From assembly GCA_030295235.1 (NCBI GenBank), contig AP026157.1, forward strand, positions 124,001-188,000: a stretch of 64,000 nucleotides of DNA. The letters run 5' to 3'. Positions 60,628-64,000 of this stretch are shown here, piece after piece; the first letter of the stretch is position 1; the number at the start of each line of letters is the position of its first letter. Source of the DNA: Fistulifera solaris (lineage: Eukaryota). The position numbers and the translations under genes are program-made. The notes under the pieces are model-generated. The model saw only the letters and a program-made list of their open reading frames with translations. It searched no databases and was not told where the DNA came from.

Positions 60628-61060
60628 GTTGGCTAAAAATCTATTAACAGAGACCCACGAAGAAATTTTACGCCTTCTTTGGAGACAAAAAATGAACCGC
60701 AGATTCTTTTGCTTATTGAATTGCAATGGAAAATACTCTCTATTATGAGGAGAAAACGCAGGATGATGATTCGTGTGGAAGAGAGGTGCTTTTCGAAAAA
60801 AAGCGGTGCATCCTTCATGCATCCGCGAATGCGTGGTGGCGTTCGGAGGAGATTTGGGGAACACTGGGGATCCGTTGACGGAATACGTTTATTCAGTATT
60901 GTCTATCTATATAAAATAAGATGAAAACAAGATACACGACAACGTTTTGGTTACTTAGGGGGAGAACGGAGGGTCAGCTCAAATTTTCGTCCAATGATGT
61001 CTGTGGAAGAAAGAGTACGCCCTCATTTTTTCGAACCTCCGAGGACATCATCAAACTTCA

Positions 61061-62524
61061 TCACGGCACTGCCGATTTCTTGGCCAAGGAACAAATTCCA
61101 CACGTCTTTGGACAATTCTTGGCAGCGAATTCGCTCTTACATGCGATAGCTTGATACGATCGATTGTTGGCGAGCCACGCACACGTCTCGTAGCCCATCT
61201 CGTAATTGATGAAAACAGCGGCTCCCGGATCGTCTTGACATACCGCATGGCAATGACCACACACACGAGGACAATGTTTGTAACCATCCTTTCCTTTCGC
61301 ACACAGTTCCGGTTGCAATGCGGCTTTCATTGATAACCATTTACAACTTTGGTAGCCATAATCATCGTTTATGAAGAACAAGGCCGATTTGTCATCGACA
61401 CAATATGCCCGCAACGGACTCACATCACCCCCACAGACTCCACACGATAGGGCACATTCGTCCGCGATTCCGAACTCTTCATCAAAACACAGAAAATCAC
61501 GTAAATACGGAAAATTGAGCAGAATGTTGCAGTCACCCGTGTCTTGACATTCCGTCGGTGGTTGGGTCGGTACTCGATGATACGGTATCGGGGCAATGAA
61601 AACGGGTTGAAAATCGGTCGGAGCACGCGTGCGAGGCTGAGTGAGTGTGGGTAAGTCGACCGGAATGGGTTCCAGTCCCAAGGAGGGAGCACGTGTCGTC
61701 GTCGGATTCGTAGTAGGAGATTGCGTTTCTTCCGGAATTCTTCGTACGGTGGGTGCTGGTGTCGAGAGAATGGGCGCAGAAGTTGCTGCGAGGGGTGATG
61801 CGGTAGGAGATTGAGTTCGAACGGGCACCGGGATGGAAACAGGGACGGGGATAGGATTTGAAACAGGGACCGGCACGGGGTTGGGGATAGCAGTAGGTGT
61901 GGTAGGTTCTTCTGGTAGACCAATCGATATAGGCATAAGAGGAGCGGTTGGAGCACGAGTAGTTGTAGGATTCATGGTAGGAGATTTTGTTTCTTCCGGG
62001 CGATTTTTCGTCGTTGGTGATACTGTAGAAAGGATGGGTGATTTTGTTGGAGAGATAGTAGGCACGGACTCGACTCTCGTGGGCGGTCTTGTGGATACCA
62101 CGGGCGATACAGCGGGTGAAGGGGTAATAGGAGAAGGTAAGTTGCTGGGAATTATTGTGGCGCTAGAAGGCGCAAACGAGACGTCAATTTCCGATGGTGG
62201 CCCAATATTACTACCACGAGGTGGATCGCTCCTCCCTTCAATTGTCAAATAACTTGCTAGTGCAATCACCGATGCCAGAACGACTATCAAAGCCAGTCCT
62301 ATGACAAGTATTCGGAATGCTCGATGATGTCTCCCTCGGTTTGGGCGGTGGTGCATTCGGTGCGTTTGTTGTTGTTTGGAGGGTGGCGGTGGAGGCAAAG
62401 AACCGTGCCCTCCGCTGGTGAAACTGTCGCGCAGTTGTTTCCGTAATTCTTCCACTTCGGAAGCTTCTACCGGAGTATCATTTGGCTCAAACGAGTTGTC
62501 GTCTAACATTTTTTCTTCGGACAT
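61061..62524 (-). CDS. Type II membrane protein with mucin-like stalk and three C-terminal ShKT-like modules (divergent paralog)
   Basis: TM ILVIGLALIVVLASVIALASYL; P/T-rich stalk; modules ending ECALSCGVC, HCPRVCGHC and NCPKTCGIC. Confidence 0.8.
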   Translation of the reverse strand: MSEEKMLDDNSFEPNDTPVEASEVEELRKQLRDSFTSGGHGSLPPPPPSKQQQTHRMHHRPNRGRHHRAFRILVIGLALIVVLASVIALASYLTIEGRSDPPRGSNIGPPSEIDVSFAPSSATIIPSNLPSPITPSPAVSPVVSTRPPTRVESVPTISPTKSPILSTVSPTTKNRPEETKSPTMNPTTTRAPTAPLMPISIGLPEEPTTPTAIPNPVPVPVSNPIPVPVSIPVPVRTQSPTASPLAATSAPILSTPAPTVRRIPEETQSPTTNPTTTRAPSLGLEPIPVDLPTLTQPRTRAPTDFQPVFIAPIPYHRVPTQPPTECQDTGDCNILLNFPYLRDFLCFDEEFGIADECALSCGVCGGDVSPLRAYCVDDKSALFFINDDYGYQSCKWLSMKAALQPELCAKGKDGYKHCPRVCGHCHAVCQDDPGAAVFINYEMGYETCAWLANNRSYQAIACKSEFAAKNCPKTCGICSLAKKSAVP

Positions 62525-63132
62525 GATCGTTGCTAGATCTTCGCCGATTCTTCTAAAGCGCGCTGAAATTGTAATCAATCTTTCTGTTTCGCAAGCTGAG
62601 ACGGCCCTTTCAACTGAAATATTTCCTGCAAAAAAAGTTTTCTGGGGAATAGGTGACGTGGGGCTCAAGTCTTCATGAATGCTTGCTTCGCATAATGTTT
62701 GGAGGCTTGTCGAGAGCGCTTGAGTGATGTCGAAAGAAATAAGTTTCTCATCGGAGCATTGCTTTCGCTTCTGTTGGACGTTACTTTGCCAGTACCAAGT
62801 TCTCCCTCTCATGGATGATCAAAATATCAATCATCGAATAAATAGAGTGAAAACGATTCCCGCTGTTCGGAGTTGATTCTTTGTTACGAAGCGCAAAGTT
62901 TCAAAACTTGGTTTTCTTATAGTGGCTTTGCTGTTGTTACATTTCTCCCTCCAATGGGCACGTTTCGGTTTTGGCGCGACGGGGTGAAGCACGAGTGTCC
63001 GCCACAGTTAACGCTTATACTCATTAACACATGGCCAGTAATTAGTGGATGCGATCGAGTCGTGCGTCGCGCGTCGCTCACCCCTCTGTCCGTACGGTAC
63101 TAAATAATCGCGGTTCTCTTTCATTTTTTTTT

Positions 63133-64000
63133 TTAACACGGGAGCAATTCACAGATATTCAATATACATACACGGCAGAGAAACGGAGGAGGTTCTTCAC
63201 CACCACCATCATCAGTATTGTCGTCGTCATCTCCATCGTCGTCATCATCATCGTCATCAACTGGTGGAGGGGTACTTTCCGTGGGAGATGGGACCGGAGC
63301 GCTGGTCGCAACTGGTACGGGAACTGGTGGTGGGTCTGGAACAGGAGCAGCAACGGGTCTTGGCGTTGGTGGAGGCACCGGACGCGGTGTAGGATCCGCA
63401 ACCGGCCTTTCGACGACAGGTCGTCGAGTGGGGTCGGGAACTGGTCTCGGCGTTGGTCGAGGCACGGGCGCAATTGGTCTCGGTGTTGGTGCAGGAACGG
63501 GTCGTTCCACAACAGGGCGTCGGGTAGGGTCCGCAACCGGCCTTGGCGCTGGCGGAGTGACGGGTCGTCGCGTTGGATTTGGCACCGGCCTCTCGACGAC
63601 GGGACGTCGGGTAGGGTCGGCGACCGGTCTTTCCGCCACTGGTCGTCTCGTTGGATCAGCAACAGGTCGTTCCGCAACGGGCCCTCGAGTGGGGTCCGCA
63701 ACAGGGCGTCGAGTGGGATCCGCCACCGGTCTTTCCAGGACAGGTCGTCTGGTTGGATCCGGGGCAGGTTGTCGGGTGGGGCTAGCAACAGGTTTCTCTT
63801 CAACACGTTCAGTCGAAGGAGCTACAGATGGGATATCAGAAGGAAAGTCCGATGGAACAGCGCCTTTCTCACACACACCGCACGTCGCTGGGCACCACCG
63901 GTAACCATCGTTCTCGGGCAAGCACATGCGATCGCGATGAGTCAAGTTGGTTTGTAAAAGACGCAATTTTGTTCACCAACTTCTTCATTTATATTGAAGT
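63133..64000 (-). CDS. Partial paralog (5' end outside window): ShKT-like module, Arg/Pro repeat stalk, acidic patch, C-terminal 4-Cys motif
   Basis: EQNCVF..RDRMCLPENDGYRWCPATCGVC; PVADPTRRPVxER repeats; ends PFLCRVCILNICELLPC*; frameshift near 63958. Confidence 0.8.

Noticed and set aside
62525..62812. N-terminal extensions given by the ORF track (also 1217-1417, 12864-13013, 26693-26782, 31970-32065)
   Set aside because: They arise from upstream or alternative start codons in UTR-like sequence; family alignment or motif context favours the downstream ATGs.

Overview
Gene-dense eukaryotic nuclear DNA with short GT-AG introns. The gene families (HSF, bHLH, DGDG synthase, type II LRR membrane proteins, RxL-type propeptide motifs) suggest a diatom; this is inference and the species cannot be determined. 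Three zones are visible. (1) 1.9-10.7 kb: a tandem cluster of five secreted, extremely acidic proteins that share a signal peptide plus a conserved ~25-aa N-terminal module but carry different Asp-rich repeat tails. (2) 11-36 kb: mostly ordinary genes (SDR, PP2C, M6-like metalloprotease, bHLH, cyclophilin-like, HSF, guanine deaminase, DPH1, DGDG synthase), plus a 278-bp non-autonomous Helitron with canonical ends. (3) 36-64 kb: five paralogous membrane-protein genes with ShKT-like Cys modules, interrupted by a ~16-kb, 13-intron gene for a ~5,000-aa secreted RTX/hemolysin-type Ca-binding repeat protein resembling bacterial giant adhesins; it includes a 27-nt micro-exon encoding exactly one RTX nonapeptide. 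Two long intergenic regions are crowded with unrelated 7-bp tandem duplications. About 20 small frameshifts, many in homopolymer runs, suggest indel errors in the assembly rather than true pseudogenes. All functional calls come from motif recognition only; no database searches were run.
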